Shown: positions 17,025 through 27,693, counted from the stretch's first letter. The stretch: 64,000 bases of DNA from Nannocystales bacterium (GCA_050633305.1 JBOEGF010000011.1:95312-159311); one strand, 5' to 3'. Made by a program: numbers and translations. The notes: a model not told the origin generated them from the sequence alone.

Positions 17025-18188
17025 ATGACCGTTTTGCCTCGATTGTTCTCGCACCGCGCCGCGCCTTTCCCCGATGTGGGGACGCGCTTTGCACGTGCGT
17101 TCTTCTGTGCGGCCTGTGTGTTGGGAGCCTCCGCGTTCGCGGGCGGTTGCGACAAGACCGAGTCGACCCAACTGGACGAGAAGATTGCGCCCCATGTGCG
17201 CGCCGCTGAGGTCCGTCTGATCGAGCCCAGGCCGCGCTCGCGCCACCTTGCACCGTTGCAGGCCCATCGCCGGGCTCGTCTGTCGCCCCGAACCGGCGGT
17301 CAGGTGCTGGTCCTCAACGCCGACGAAGAGCAGAAGGTCAAAGAGGGCACGACGCTTGTTCGTTTTGCCGCCCAGGATTCCAAAGGCGGTCTGATGTCGG
17401 CCAAGGCGTCCATCTCCCAGGTTCAAGAGAGCCTCTCGGACACCAAGCGTGAACTCGAAGACGCCCGTGACCTGGTGTCGAAAGGCGCCGGGACCACGCG
17501 CGAGGTGGAGCGCCTCGAGAGCCAGATCACCACGCTCAAAGCTCAGCTCAGCAACGCCAAGGGCTCGTTGGTCCAAGCCAAGGACCGGGTGGGGGCGGCC
17601 ACGCTCGTCGCCCCATTCTCCGGCACGATCACGGTGGTCGACACCGAAGTCGGAGAGTTCATGGCTCCGGGCGCTGTGGCGATCGTCTTGGCCGAACTCG
17701 ACCCCATCGCGGTCGAGGTTCCACTCACACAGGCCGAAGTCGAGACCTACGATCGCGAGGGGGGCTTGTCCTTCGAGGTGCAGGCGCGCGGCAAGGCGGT
17801 CGAGGCTGAGCTCGAATACATCTCGAGCGAATCGACCGACGGCTCGACCTTCACCGCCAGGCTCAAGCTCGCCAACCCCGACGAGACGCTACGCAGCGGT
17901 GAGCTGGTGGATGTCGAGGTGTTCGGCGCCGCCCGAGCCAAGGTCACGGCTGTGCCGTTCACCGCGGTTCGGTGGGCAGCCGAGCAGGCCTACGTTCTCC
18001 AGGTTGCCGACGATGGGGCGCTGACCCGCATCGATGTTGTGCTGGTCGACGAGTCTGAAGACGACGTCATCATCGAAGGCGAGCTTCAGGCGGGGATTCG
18101 GGTGGTCGAGACCGGGCCCACCGCGTTGCGGGACGGGGACACCGTCAAGGTCGTAGCGGCGCCGGGCGAGACCCTGGCAGCAGGATGA
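17025..18188 (+). CDS. RND efflux periplasmic adaptor (MFP)
   Basis: AGGC lipobox, coiled hairpin, LVAPFSGTI...VGEFMAPG; lies directly upstream of the permease. Confidence 0.9.
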   Translation: MTVLPRLFSHRAAPFPDVGTRFARAFFCAACVLGASAFAGGCDKTESTQLDEKIAPHVRAAEVRLIEPRPRSRHLAPLQAHRRARLSPRTGGQVLVLNADEEQKVKEGTTLVRFAAQDSKGGLMSAKASISQVQESLSDTKRELEDARDLVSKGAGTTREVERLESQITTLKAQLSNAKGSLVQAKDRVGAATLVAPFSGTITVVDTEVGEFMAPGAVAIVLAELDPIAVEVPLTQAEVETYDREGGLSFEVQARGKAVEAELEYISSESTDGSTFTARLKLANPDETLRSGELVDVEVFGAARAKVTAVPFTAVRWAAEQAYVLQVADDGALTRIDVVLVDESEDDVIIEGELQAGIRVVETGPTALRDGDTVKVVAAPGETLAAG

Positions 18189-18194
18189 CGCCCC

Positions 18195-21100
18195 GTGTTC
18201 GATCGCATCATCAAGCTCTCGATCGGTAACCCGGTCTTCGTCAACCTCGCGTTCCTTCTCGTCGTCGCGGCAGGAACCATCGCGGCGTTCAACCTGCCGC
18301 GCGAGGAGTTCCCCGAGATTTCACTCGACCGCGTCATCGCGACCGTCGTCTACCCCGGCGCGACCGCCGAAGACGTCGAGGAGCTGATCACCAAGCCTAT
18401 CGAGGACGAACTCGACGACGTCAGCGACGTCGACAAGATCGAGTCCACCTCGCAAGAAGGTGTCTCCAGCGTCGTCATCACCTTCCTCGAAGGCACCGAC
18501 CTGGTGACCGCGCGCTCCGAAGTCGAAAAGGCGGTTGCGGCTGTCGATTCGTTTCCCGAGGACGCCGAGAACCCGGTGGTCAAGGAACTCGAGCTCGAGA
18601 TCCCGGTGGTGTCGGTTGCGCTGACCGGAGACCTCAGCGCGACACGGCTCGTGGAGGACATCTCCGAGGCGTTCCGCGATGTGGATGGTGTGGCCGCCGT
18701 CAACCTCAGCGGTGCTTCCGAGCCTCGCATCTTCGTCGACCTCGACGAGCGTCAGCTTCGTGCGTTGCGGCTGCAACCCGCAGCGGTCGCCGCCGCGATT
18801 CGCAGCGCACAGGCAAACGTCCCCGCAGGATCGGTCGAGCTTTCCGGCCAGGACCTCTTCGTCAAGACCGAGAAAAATCTCGAGTCCGCCGCCGACGTCG
18901 CTCGTATTCCGCTCGCCCCCGGTTCGCGCTTGCGCATCGGGGACGTCGCCGACGTGAAGGCGGTGCCCGAACCCAGCGACACCGAGCTGTGGGTCGATGG
19001 TCTCCCCGCAATCAAGCTGACGATCAGTCGCGAGAAGACGGCCGACCCGCTGGGCATCCGTGATGACATCGCGCAGAAGGTCGAGGCTCTGCAGCCCACG
19101 CTGCCTCCCGGCATGCAGCTGTACGTCTCCGACAACTTCACCAACACGATCGACGATCGTCTCGATGTCGTCGCCGTAAACGCCCTAGGAGGGGCGGTGC
19201 TGGTCATCCTCGTGCTCTTGGTGATGTCCGGTTTCCGTCAGGCCGTTCTCGCGGTGTGGGGCATGCCGATCTCATTCTTGATGGCCACGTTCCTGATGGA
19301 CCAAACGGGGCTGAGCATCAACGTCGTCTCGACGTTCGGCTTGCTCATCGCGATCGGGATCATCGTCGACGACGCCATCGTGGTGATCGAGAACGTCCAG
19401 CGCCACATGGAGATGGGCAAGGAGCGGGTCCGTGCCGTCTACGACGGGACCAAGGAAGTCTTGCTGCCGGTGACGGTCGCGGTCACGACCACCTGCTTGG
19501 CGTTTTTCCCTCTGACGATGGTCAGCGGCACGATGGGACGGATCATGAAGATCCTGCCCTTGGTGGTGATCTTCTGCCTCGTCGGCTCGCTGTTCGAAGC
19601 CATCTTCATCTTGCCGGGCCACCTCGCGGAGTTTGGCAAGGCGGGCAAAGAAGGCCGAACCGCGAGGCTTTCGGCCCGCATGCAGGCTGTCTATCGGGTC
19701 CCGTTGCGATGGTGCGTGCGCCACCCGTGGGTCACGTTGTTCCTGGTCGTCCTTGGGTTTGTGGGCACGCTCGGTTTGGCGGCCAACATGCCGTTTCAGG
19801 TCAACGCCCCCGCCAAGCCCTTCGACATCGGGGTGAGCTACGAGATCATGCCGGGCAAATCCCAGGCTCAAACCCGGGCTCAAGGGGACGCGATCGACAC
19901 GATCATTCGCGAGCACATGGGGGAGGCGGTCAAGTCCTCGACCGTGCGCACGGGGAGCTACATCGACGAAGCCAGCGGGCGTAGTTTTGCGGGGGCAAAC
20001 CTCGGCAAGGTCCGAGCCGAGTTTGCGCTCGATGACGCGGCGCTCGCCGCATACCCAGCGATGGTGCGCGAGCTGAGGCTCTACCTCGCGACGAATCCAG
20101 AGCTGGGGTCATTTCGGATCACCGAGAAACAAGCTGGCCCCCCTGCGGGTGCGGCTGTGACCGCCAACGTACGAGGGCGGGACCTCACCAAGGTCAACGC
20201 GGCCGTGGCTGCGGTCAAGAGCGAGCTCGACGACATGGATGGCGTGTTCGACATCCGGGACGACTACGGCTCGGGCAAGGAGACGCTCTCCGTCGAGGTC
20301 GACGCCGATCGTGCGTCGCGCTACGGGCTGACCGAGCGAGACGTTGGCAACGCTGTCCGCTCCACGGTGGATGGCATCACCGCCCTCGAGGTCTCCATCG
20401 ACGAAGAGCAGGTCGACATCGTCGTGCGCTATTCCGGGGGCCAAGCCCGAGGCAAGGAGCGCCTTGCCGACACCGTGATCGCCACACCCAGTGGTGGGGT
20501 TGTCCGGCTGGATCAGCTCGCGAAGATCAACCGCACCCGCGAGGCTGGGTTGATCCGGCGCGAGGATGGACAGCGCACCGTGGCCGTTCTCGCCGACATC
20601 GACACCGAAGTGACGGCACCGCTCAAGGCCGCAGGAGAACTCGAGCAACGTTGGAAAGACAAGCTCGCGTCATCATTCCCCGGTGTTTCACTGTCGTTTG
20701 GCGGCGAGGCCGACGAGTTGCTCAAGAGCCTCGAAGATCTCCCGGGCCTCTTTGGCCTGGCGCTCATCCTGATCTACGGGGTGCTCGCGTTGCAATTTCG
20801 CTCCTACCTCCAGCCGCTGATCATCATCTCGGCAGTCCCGTTTGGGCTCATGGGCGCGATTTTGGGCCTCGCGAGCATGGGGTACGACCTCACGATCTTC
20901 GCCATGTTCGGAATGGTGGCTCTCACAGGCATCGTGGTGAACGACTCGCTGGTGATGATCGACTTCATCAACACGCGGCGTCGCGAGGGTCTGGACATCG
21001 CGGAGGCGGCCGTGGATGGGGCACTCAACCGCCTCAGGCCTATCATTTCGACCACGCTGACGACCTGCCTTGGCCTTCTGCCGATGGCGATCGGGTTTGG

Positions 21101-21320
21101 CGGCCGGGACAACGTCCTCGCACCGATGGCGGTCTCGATCGCGGGTGGATTGTTCGTTGCGACCATTCTCGTCCTGTTGGTCGTCCCCGCGCTGTTCGTG
21201 ATCATCGAACGCATTCGCGGCGACCGAAGTGGGCACATCGATGTGGATGCAGCGCTGGCGGCGGACATCCAACCGACCGACGAGCCGAGCGAAGACGCGC
21301 ACTGTCCCGGCTCGAATTGA
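18195..21320 (+). CDS. RND efflux permease (AcrB/AcrD/AcrF family)
   Basis: REEFPEI, YPGATAEDVE, GIIVDDAIVVIEN, GIVVNDSLV, RLRPIISTTLTT; 1041 aa. Confidence 0.95.
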   Translation: MFDRIIKLSIGNPVFVNLAFLLVVAAGTIAAFNLPREEFPEISLDRVIATVVYPGATAEDVEELITKPIEDELDDVSDVDKIESTSQEGVSSVVITFLEGTDLVTARSEVEKAVAAVDSFPEDAENPVVKELELEIPVVSVALTGDLSATRLVEDISEAFRDVDGVAAVNLSGASEPRIFVDLDERQLRALRLQPAAVAAAIRSAQANVPAGSVELSGQDLFVKTEKNLESAADVARIPLAPGSRLRIGDVADVKAVPEPSDTELWVDGLPAIKLTISREKTADPLGIRDDIAQKVEALQPTLPPGMQLYVSDNFTNTIDDRLDVVAVNALGGAVLVILVLLVMSGFRQAVLAVWGMPISFLMATFLMDQTGLSINVVSTFGLLIAIGIIVDDAIVVIENVQRHMEMGKERVRAVYDGTKEVLLPVTVAVTTTCLAFFPLTMVSGTMGRIMKILPLVVIFCLVGSLFEAIFILPGHLAEFGKAGKEGRTARLSARMQAVYRVPLRWCVRHPWVTLFLVVLGFVGTLGLAANMPFQVNAPAKPFDIGVSYEIMPGKSQAQTRAQGDAIDTIIREHMGEAVKSSTVRTGSYIDEASGRSFAGANLGKVRAEFALDDAALAAYPAMVRELRLYLATNPELGSFRITEKQAGPPAGAAVTANVRGRDLTKVNAAVAAVKSELDDMDGVFDIRDDYGSGKETLSVEVDADRASRYGLTERDVGNAVRSTVDGITALEVSIDEEQVDIVVRYSGGQARGKERLADTVIATPSGGVVRLDQLAKINRTREAGLIRREDGQRTVAVLADIDTEVTAPLKAAGELEQRWKDKLASSFPGVSLSFGGEADELLKSLEDLPGLFGLALILIYGVLALQFRSYLQPLIIISAVPFGLMGAILGLASMGYDLTIFAMFGMVALTGIVVNDSLVMIDFINTRRREGLDIAEAAVDGALNRLRPIISTTLTTCLGLLPMAIGFGGRDNVLAPMAVSIAGGLFVATILVLLVVPALFVIIERIRGDRSGHIDVDAALAADIQPTDEPSEDAHCPGSN

Positions 21321-21360
21321 CGGCGTGTCGTCGGGGAGACCCCCTGGTACTCTTTGAACA

Positions 21361-24156
21361 GTGGTCAACCTGACCCAGACCGATGTTTCGGTCGAGCGCA
21401 GCGTCATCGCGAAGCCGACGCTGCATCTCGAGCGCGGTGCATCGGTCGGTCGGTACGTCATCCTCGATGTTGTCGGGGAGGGCGGGATGGGGATCGTCTA
21501 CGCGGCGTACGACCCCGAGCTCGACCGCAAGCTCGCGCTGAAACTTCTGCGCACCGCGTCCACCGAGCGCCGGGCGGAGCGCCGCCGATTGCGCCTGATT
21601 CGCGAGGCTCAGGCGATGGCTCGGCTGTCGCACGCGCACGTCATCACAGTCCACGACGTGGGCACCATCGACGACCAGGTGTTCGTCGCGATGGAGTTCA
21701 TCGAAGGCTGCTCGCTGGCCGAATGGATTCGGATGGACCACGGGTGGCGGCCGATCGTCGACACCTTCGTCCAGGCGGGCGAGGGGCTTGCCGCCGCGCA
21801 TGCCGCCGGGCTTGTGCACCGGGACTTCAAGCCGGACAACGTCATGCTCACCGCGGAGTACCGCGCGGTCGTGACGGACTTCGGGCTCGCCAGGGCGGCC
21901 GGCCGGCGTGACCCGTCGGAGAGCCGAGATGCCGAGGGGCTTGGCAACCCGTCGCGCGCGTCGCTGAGCACCACGGTCACGGCCGCGGGCGCCATCATGG
22001 GGACGCCCGCGTACATGTCCCCGGAGCAGCACGAAGGTCGGGATGTGGATGCGCGCAGCGACCAGTTCGCGTTCGCCGTCGCTCTGTACGAGGCGTTGTT
22101 TGGCGTCCGACCCTTCCCTGGTGATGATGTCGCTTCGTTGGCCTACAACGTCGGGGCCGGCAACATTCGCCCCGCGCCGTCTCGAACCAGTGTTCCGGGT
22201 TGGGTTCGCCAAGTCCTGCTCAAAGCCCTGTCGGTCAGCCCGTCCGAACGCTATCCGTCGATGGTCGAGATGCTCGAGGCCCTGCGCCGTGAGGGGTCCG
22301 GAAGACGAGCCTGGCCTTGGGCCACGATCGGGGTGGTCGGAATGGTTGTGGCCGGTGGGGCCGCCGGGTTCCTGCTCGAAGACGGAGATGACCCATGTCG
22401 CGGGGGTGCCTCGCAGCTCGAAGCGGTGTTGGGCCCCGACGCGCGCGAGCCTGTACAGGCGGTGTTCATCAACTCTCCACTCCCGTTTGCTGGCCACGGG
22501 TGGGCGGCGGTCGACGACACCCTCAGCGCATACGCCCAGACCTGGCTCGACGCACACAGCGAGGTCTGCCGTGCGCCCGACACCGCACCTGCGGCGCTGT
22601 CAGCCAGTCGCGCTGCCTGTCTGGAGCGTCGGCTGGGCGACGTGGATGCGGTGCTCACCGTGCTTGCCCAAGGTGACCCGCGCGCGCTTCAGCGTGGTCT
22701 TGAAGCCGTGAGCGAGTTGCCGTCTCCGGAGCGGTGCCTGACCGCACCCGCCGCATCCGAGTCGTCCGCGGCTGCAGTCTCTTTGTACGGCGACCTGGCT
22801 CGCGTTGCCGCGTTGCAACGGGCTGGTTTGGCGGACGAAGGTCTACAGGCCGCTCGAGAGTTGGCCGAACGAGCATCGCTCACCGACGATCTCGGGCTTC
22901 AAGCCGAGGCGCGAGTGCGGCTGGCTTCGCTTCAACACAAGGCCTCCCGGCTCGAGCTGGCCGAGTTCAATTTCAAGGAAGCCCTTGGGCTAGCGTTGCA
23001 GTCGAGTAACGACCCGTTTGCTGCCGACGCAGCGGTGGCGCTTGTCGGCATCATCGGTGCCGATCCTCAGCGTACGCGTGAGGCCGAGGGGTGGGCAGGC
23101 GTCGCGGCGGCGCTTCAGGAGCGTGCGGGCGCTTCGGTGACCGAGCGCGCTGCACTCCTCGTTGCGCGGGCGCAGCTCCTGGAAGTCTCCGGGCGCTTGG
23201 ATGCCGCTCGCCGTCCGCTGCAAGAAGCCGCAGACCTCCTCGAGGAAGCCTTTGGGCAGGACGATGCCCGTGTCGCGGCCGCCTGGGCATCGCTGGGTCA
23301 CAGGGCGCTGCGGGCACGCGATCCTGCCGCCGCGGGCCCTCTGTTCGAGCGTGCGCTGGCGGTGGTCGAGGGCGCACTCGGACCTGAGCACCCTCGAACC
23401 GCGACGCTCATGCACGCTCTGGGAGAGGTCGCGTTGCTGGAGGGGAATCTCGAGCAGGCCGCCGAGGGCTTGCAGGCGGCGTTGCAGGTGCGCGTGAAGG
23501 TCGGGGACCCCACACCACGTGCAGAGACGATGCTGTTACAGGCGTTTGTCGATATGGCCCGTGGCGACCTCGACGGTGCCGAGGAGACGCTCGATACGGT
23601 GAGCGGCCTCGACGGATTGTCGTACGCGCTCAAGGGACGAGCCTCGGTTGAGCTCGCTCGTCTGGCACTCCGCCGCGGCAACCCCCAGCACGCCGTTCGA
23701 GCTGCCCGGTCGAGTCGGACCTCCCTCGGCGGTCCCCAGACGCAGGATGAACGCTGGGGACTCGATGCGGTCATCGCAGCCGCCGTGCTTCGTCAAGGAC
23801 GGCTCGATGAAGCGGAAACGCTGATCAACAAGACCATCGCGGCGCTTGAACGGCGGGAGGGCGACGCCGTCGCAGCGCTCGCCGAGCCGCTGACTGTTCG
23901 AGGCGAGTTGCTGCTGGAGCGAGCGCTTCCGGCTCGCGCGTTGGGAGACCTCGAGCGTGCCCTCGCGCTGCGGACGGCGCTCGACGCCTACGGCACCGCG
24001 CGTACGGAGTTCGCGTTGGCCCAGGCGCTTGTGGCCGTCGACCCCGAGTCCAGTCGCGCGACGGAGCTGGCCCGACAAGCGCTCGCACGACTCTCGGTCC
24101 GGGAGCCGCTGCACGCCGACGTGCATCAGTGGCTCGACGGAAGCCCGTCCCACTAG
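21361..24156 (+). CDS. Ser/Thr protein kinase with TM and C-terminal TPR-like repeats
   Basis: GEGGMGIVY, ALKLL, HRDFKPDN, DFGLA, GTPAYMSPEQ; then a TM and LGPEHPRT-type TPRs. Confidence 0.93.
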   Translation: MVNLTQTDVSVERSVIAKPTLHLERGASVGRYVILDVVGEGGMGIVYAAYDPELDRKLALKLLRTASTERRAERRRLRLIREAQAMARLSHAHVITVHDVGTIDDQVFVAMEFIEGCSLAEWIRMDHGWRPIVDTFVQAGEGLAAAHAAGLVHRDFKPDNVMLTAEYRAVVTDFGLARAAGRRDPSESRDAEGLGNPSRASLSTTVTAAGAIMGTPAYMSPEQHEGRDVDARSDQFAFAVALYEALFGVRPFPGDDVASLAYNVGAGNIRPAPSRTSVPGWVRQVLLKALSVSPSERYPSMVEMLEALRREGSGRRAWPWATIGVVGMVVAGGAAGFLLEDGDDPCRGGASQLEAVLGPDAREPVQAVFINSPLPFAGHGWAAVDDTLSAYAQTWLDAHSEVCRAPDTAPAALSASRAACLERRLGDVDAVLTVLAQGDPRALQRGLEAVSELPSPERCLTAPAASESSAAAVSLYGDLARVAALQRAGLADEGLQAARELAERASLTDDLGLQAEARVRLASLQHKASRLELAEFNFKEALGLALQSSNDPFAADAAVALVGIIGADPQRTREAEGWAGVAAALQERAGASVTERAALLVARAQLLEVSGRLDAARRPLQEAADLLEEAFGQDDARVAAAWASLGHRALRARDPAAAGPLFERALAVVEGALGPEHPRTATLMHALGEVALLEGNLEQAAEGLQAALQVRVKVGDPTPRAETMLLQAFVDMARGDLDGAEETLDTVSGLDGLSYALKGRASVELARLALRRGNPQHAVRAARSSRTSLGGPQTQDERWGLDAVIAAAVLRQGRLDEAETLINKTIAALERREGDAVAALAEPLTVRGELLLERALPARALGDLERALALRTALDAYGTARTEFALAQALVAVDPESSRATELARQALARLSVREPLHADVHQWLDGSPSH

Positions 24157-24339
24157 CCAGGCAAAGCTGCCCACGCTTCTCGTGCCCATTCCTGTCGCCT
24201 CTGTGGCGGCTCGAGCGATCAGCCGCCAGGTGGAGACCGTCGCCCCTCGCACGGCCGGGGTTGGCCGCACGAAGTGTTGTTTCCGTTTTTCTTGCGCTTC
24301 AGCTGCGCCTCGCCGGCTTGTGGTTCCGTCTGGTACCCG

Positions 24340-26028
24340 ATGGAACGAAAGCATCTCGGTAGCCTGCTCCTGTGCGCCGCGCTGGCAGGCGCGTGCGGGC
24401 CAGAAGTCGGCCTTCTCGCCCATTCCGCGGCGGGGACTGGCGATACGGGGGGAGCGGCTTCCGGCGAAGGCGGCTGGACTTCCGGGACGACGGGGAGCCC
24501 GGATCCGTCGGCTGACGATGACTCCGCAGGATCCGGCACGCACAGTGATAGCGGGTCGACAACCGGTGACGAAGGCAAGCAGACCGACGGCGCGCAGGAC
24601 TGCGCGGGCGTCCCCAATGGCCAGGCTCGGGAGGACAGCTGCGGGATCTGTAACGACGATCCGACTGACGATTGCGTGCAAGACTGCGCGGGCGAGTGGG
24701 GCGGACGTGCGTCCCTCGATGCATGCGGTACGTGTGACGCCGACCCCACGAACGACGACCTGGTGGTTCTTGTCGACCCTGGGCTCGAGTCTGCGATTCG
24801 GTTGGAAGCGGGGCTGCCCGAGGGGGACATCCGGTTTGCAGATGTCGAGGGGATCAGCCACCTGGACGCGGGAGGCTTCGGAGTTGGATCACTGGAGGGG
24901 CTGGGTTGCCTCGTCAACCTCGAGCACCTCGACCTCCGCTCGAACTGGATTGTGGACCTCGAACCGCTCGCATCTCTGCCGAATCTCAGGTCCATAGACC
25001 TGGCGAGGAACGACATTGTTGATGTCTCCCCGCTGAGTGAACTGGGCGAGTTGTTGGAGTTGGACCTCTCTTCCAACGTCATTGCGGAGACATCGGCGCT
25101 CGGCGGGCTGGATGGGTTGCAGGAGCTGAATCTCTCCAGCAATCAGATTCTCGATGCGGGTCCCATCGGCTCGATCTCCAGTCTCACGGCCTTGGATCTG
25201 AGCAGCAACAGCATCACAGACGTGGTGCCCGTCGCATCTCTCCCCAATCTCCTCAGTCTCGATCTCTCCTACAACAGTGTTGGGGCCAGTCTGGTCGAGC
25301 TGGCCCCGCTGGCTCCGCATCTCAACGTTCTTGTTCTTCGCGGAACGGATACCGGCGATGTGTCGCCGCTGAGCGGGTTTTCGAATCTCGTGGTGCTGAA
25401 CCTTGTGGGGAACGAGGTCGTCGATGCGGCACCGCTAGCATCGCTGGGGAGCCTTGAAGTGCTGGTGTTGTTCGACAACGACGTTAGCGACATTGCCCCC
25501 ATTGGGGCTCTGGTGGGGTTGCTCGAACTCGATATTGGCTCGAACGGGGTTGTCGACATCGCCCCGCTGGCCCCGCTGGCGAACTTGCAAGAGCTGCACG
25601 CAGAGTTCAACAGCATCGTGGACATTAGCGTCCTGAACTCGATGACCTCCCTGGAGTTCGCGTGGCTGGGGAACAACGCAATCACGGGGGAATTTCCACC
25701 GCTCAATGCACTCGAAAACCTCGAGGGGTTGATCGTATTCGAGAACAGCATTGTCGACGTGAGCGCATTCGCGGCTCTGGAAGGACTGCAGGTGGGGTTG
25801 AACCTTGACGGCAACCACATCGTCGACATCACCCCACTGGGGGCACTCGAGAACATCGGCCATCTCGCTCTACGGTCGAACGACATCACCGACATCACCG
25901 CGCTCGTGCCTCTGACGGACGCATTCTCGTTCTACCTCGAGGGCAACCCTCTGGATTGCGCTGGGCAGGCTGCGAACGTGGCCGCGATCGAAGCGAACGG
26001 CACGTCGGTCTCCTGGGATTGTCGGTGA
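24340..26028 (+). CDS. Internalin-like leucine-rich-repeat lipoprotein
   Basis: LAGAC lipobox, DCAG...D(S/A)CG(I/T)C repeats, and many 22-aa LxxLxxLdLsxNxIxDlxp repeats. Confidence 0.88.
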   Translation: MERKHLGSLLLCAALAGACGPEVGLLAHSAAGTGDTGGAASGEGGWTSGTTGSPDPSADDDSAGSGTHSDSGSTTGDEGKQTDGAQDCAGVPNGQAREDSCGICNDDPTDDCVQDCAGEWGGRASLDACGTCDADPTNDDLVVLVDPGLESAIRLEAGLPEGDIRFADVEGISHLDAGGFGVGSLEGLGCLVNLEHLDLRSNWIVDLEPLASLPNLRSIDLARNDIVDVSPLSELGELLELDLSSNVIAETSALGGLDGLQELNLSSNQILDAGPIGSISSLTALDLSSNSITDVVPVASLPNLLSLDLSYNSVGASLVELAPLAPHLNVLVLRGTDTGDVSPLSGFSNLVVLNLVGNEVVDAAPLASLGSLEVLVLFDNDVSDIAPIGALVGLLELDIGSNGVVDIAPLAPLANLQELHAEFNSIVDISVLNSMTSLEFAWLGNNAITGEFPPLNALENLEGLIVFENSIVDVSAFAALEGLQVGLNLDGNHIVDITPLGALENIGHLALRSNDITDITALVPLTDAFSFYLEGNPLDCAGQAANVAAIEANGTSVSWDCR

Positions 26029-26114
26029 GCACGGCACCGCTGCGCGCCTGACCGACGACTCGTTGGGTCGCCAAGAGGGCCGTGAGGCCCTGGATGTTTC
26101 CCCGGCGACGAGCC

Positions 26115-26765
26115 CTACGGAGACGAGTCCGTGGGAGCTCCGGGGGTCCGGGCGTTGGCTTTGAGGCCACGGGCGACGATGTACTGCTCGTAGCTGCCCG
26201 AGCGGGTGTTCTTGGGGTGCACAGGCTTGCATTCGGAGAACACCGCCCGGACGTCGGCGAGCAGCTTCTTGAAGCCGCCGCCCGTGAACACCTTGGCGCA
26301 GAAGTGCCCTCCGGGACGAAGCACCGTGGTGGCGTACGTCAGGGCCCGACGGGTGAGCTCTTCGCTGCGGAACATGTCCGTCGTTTTGTCGCCGGTTGTC
26401 TTGGGCGCCATGTCGCTGAGCAACACGTCGAAGTCGCCGAACTTGGCGGTGACCTCGGCGGGTTCGATCTCGAACACGTCGCCGACGAACGCTTTTGCGA
26501 ACGGTGGAAGGTCGAGCTCGACCTCGGCTTTGTCGAGCCCGAGGACAAAGCCCTCTTCGCCGACGCGGCCCGCGGCGTACTGCATCCAAGAACCCGGCCA
26601 GCAGCCCAGGTCGATGACGCGGCGGCCGGGCTGGAGGAGCTTGAACCGTTTGTCGATCTCCTCGAGCTTGAAGACCGCCCGTGAAGCGTAGCCTTGGTCC
26701 TTGGCGCGTTTGTACGCGTCGTCGTGGCGAGAACCTCTGTCTCCGAGTTTTCCTCTACGGCCCAT
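26115..26765 (-). CDS. rlmE: 23S rRNA 2'-O-methyltransferase RlmE/FtsJ
   Basis: YASRAVFKLEEI, DLGCWPGSW, LSDMAP, KVFTG, SYEQY (K-D-K-E tetrad). Confidence 0.93.
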   Translation of the reverse strand: MGRRGKLGDRGSRHDDAYKRAKDQGYASRAVFKLEEIDKRFKLLQPGRRVIDLGCWPGSWMQYAAGRVGEEGFVLGLDKAEVELDLPPFAKAFVGDVFEIEPAEVTAKFGDFDVLLSDMAPKTTGDKTTDMFRSEELTRRALTYATTVLRPGGHFCAKVFTGGGFKKLLADVRAVFSECKPVHPKNTRSGSYEQYIVARGLKANARTPGAPTDSSP

Positions 26766-26783
26766 GGTGTTGCTCCGAAATCG

Positions 26784-26821
26784 AAAGCGCCGCCACCCCG
26801 ACGAGGCGGAGGAGGCGGCGC
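26784..26821 (-). terminator. Possible weak intrinsic terminator after rplC
   Basis: Minus strand GCGCCGCC...GGCGGCGC stem followed by TTTCGATTT. Confidence 0.45.
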
Positions 26822-26843
26822 GAAGGAACGCGGTATTCCGGTC

Positions 26844-27527
26844 CTACTTCTTGCCCTTGGCGGCTTTGTGGGCGGCGCGGGCGGCTTGCTTGTGCGAGCG
26901 GCGAATGCTGACGTAGCAGCCGTTGGCGCCGGGGACGGGACCGCGGACGAGGACGAGGCCTTCGTCGGCCATCACGCGTGCGACATGCACGTTCTGCAGG
27001 GTCTTGGTCTCCGAACCCATCTGGCCCGGCATCTTCTTGCCCGGGACAACGCGTCCGGGGGTGAGACGACAACCGATCGAGCCACCGTGACGGAAGTACT
27101 CGTGGGTACCGTGCGTCGCGGGCTTGCCCTCGAAGTTGTACTTCTTCATGACGCCCTGGAAGCCCTTACCCTTGCTGGTACCGGTCACGTCGACGCGGTC
27201 ACCATCGGCGAAGATGTCCATGGGGATCTCGGAGCCCACGGCGTGCTTCTCGAGCACGTCGGTTCCGACGCGGAACTCTTTGACGAACTTCTTGGGCTCG
27301 ACGGCGGCCTGTTTGAACCGACCGAGGTCGGGCTTGGTCAGGCGCGAAGCCTTCTGGTCGTCGAATGCGAGTTGGATCGCGGTGTAGCCGTCGCGCTCTT
27401 CGGTGCGGTGGGCGAGGACAGTGTTGCCCTTGACCGAGAGGACGGTGACGGGGACGCGGGTTCCGTCGTCGAGGAAGAGCTGGGTCATTCCCAGCTTCTT
27501 GGCGAGCATGCCAGGTTGAACGTTCAC
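26844..27527 (-). CDS. rplC: 50S ribosomal protein L3
   Basis: KKLGMTQLF, DGYTAIQL, VDVTGTSKGKGFQGVMK, HGGSIG...TPGRV.PGKKMPGQMG, VRGPVPGANG. Confidence 0.97.
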   Translation of the reverse strand: MNVQPGMLAKKLGMTQLFLDDGTRVPVTVLSVKGNTVLAHRTEERDGYTAIQLAFDDQKASRLTKPDLGRFKQAAVEPKKFVKEFRVGTDVLEKHAVGSEIPMDIFADGDRVDVTGTSKGKGFQGVMKKYNFEGKPATHGTHEYFRHGGSIGCRLTPGRVVPGKKMPGQMGSETKTLQNVHVARVMADEGLVLVRGPVPGANGCYVSIRRSHKQAARAAHKAAKGKK

Positions 27528-27633
27528 GAGAATCTCTTTGCTTTCGGTTGCCCTGGATCCGGGAGGCTTGATTGCCGCCGGGACGGGACTTGCACGACCC
27601 TTTGTGGCCTGTGCCGGGGTCGCGAGGGGCGGA

Positions 27634-27663
27634 ACTATGGGGTACGGGCTGACTGTGGGTCAA
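27634..27663 (-). promoter_or_regulatory. Putative sigma70 promoter of rplC
   Basis: Minus strand TTGACC-N18-CATAGT, about 105 bp upstream of the GTG. Confidence 0.5.
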
Positions 27664-27693
27664 GACGCGGTCCCGCCCCGCAGCCGGGGGAAC

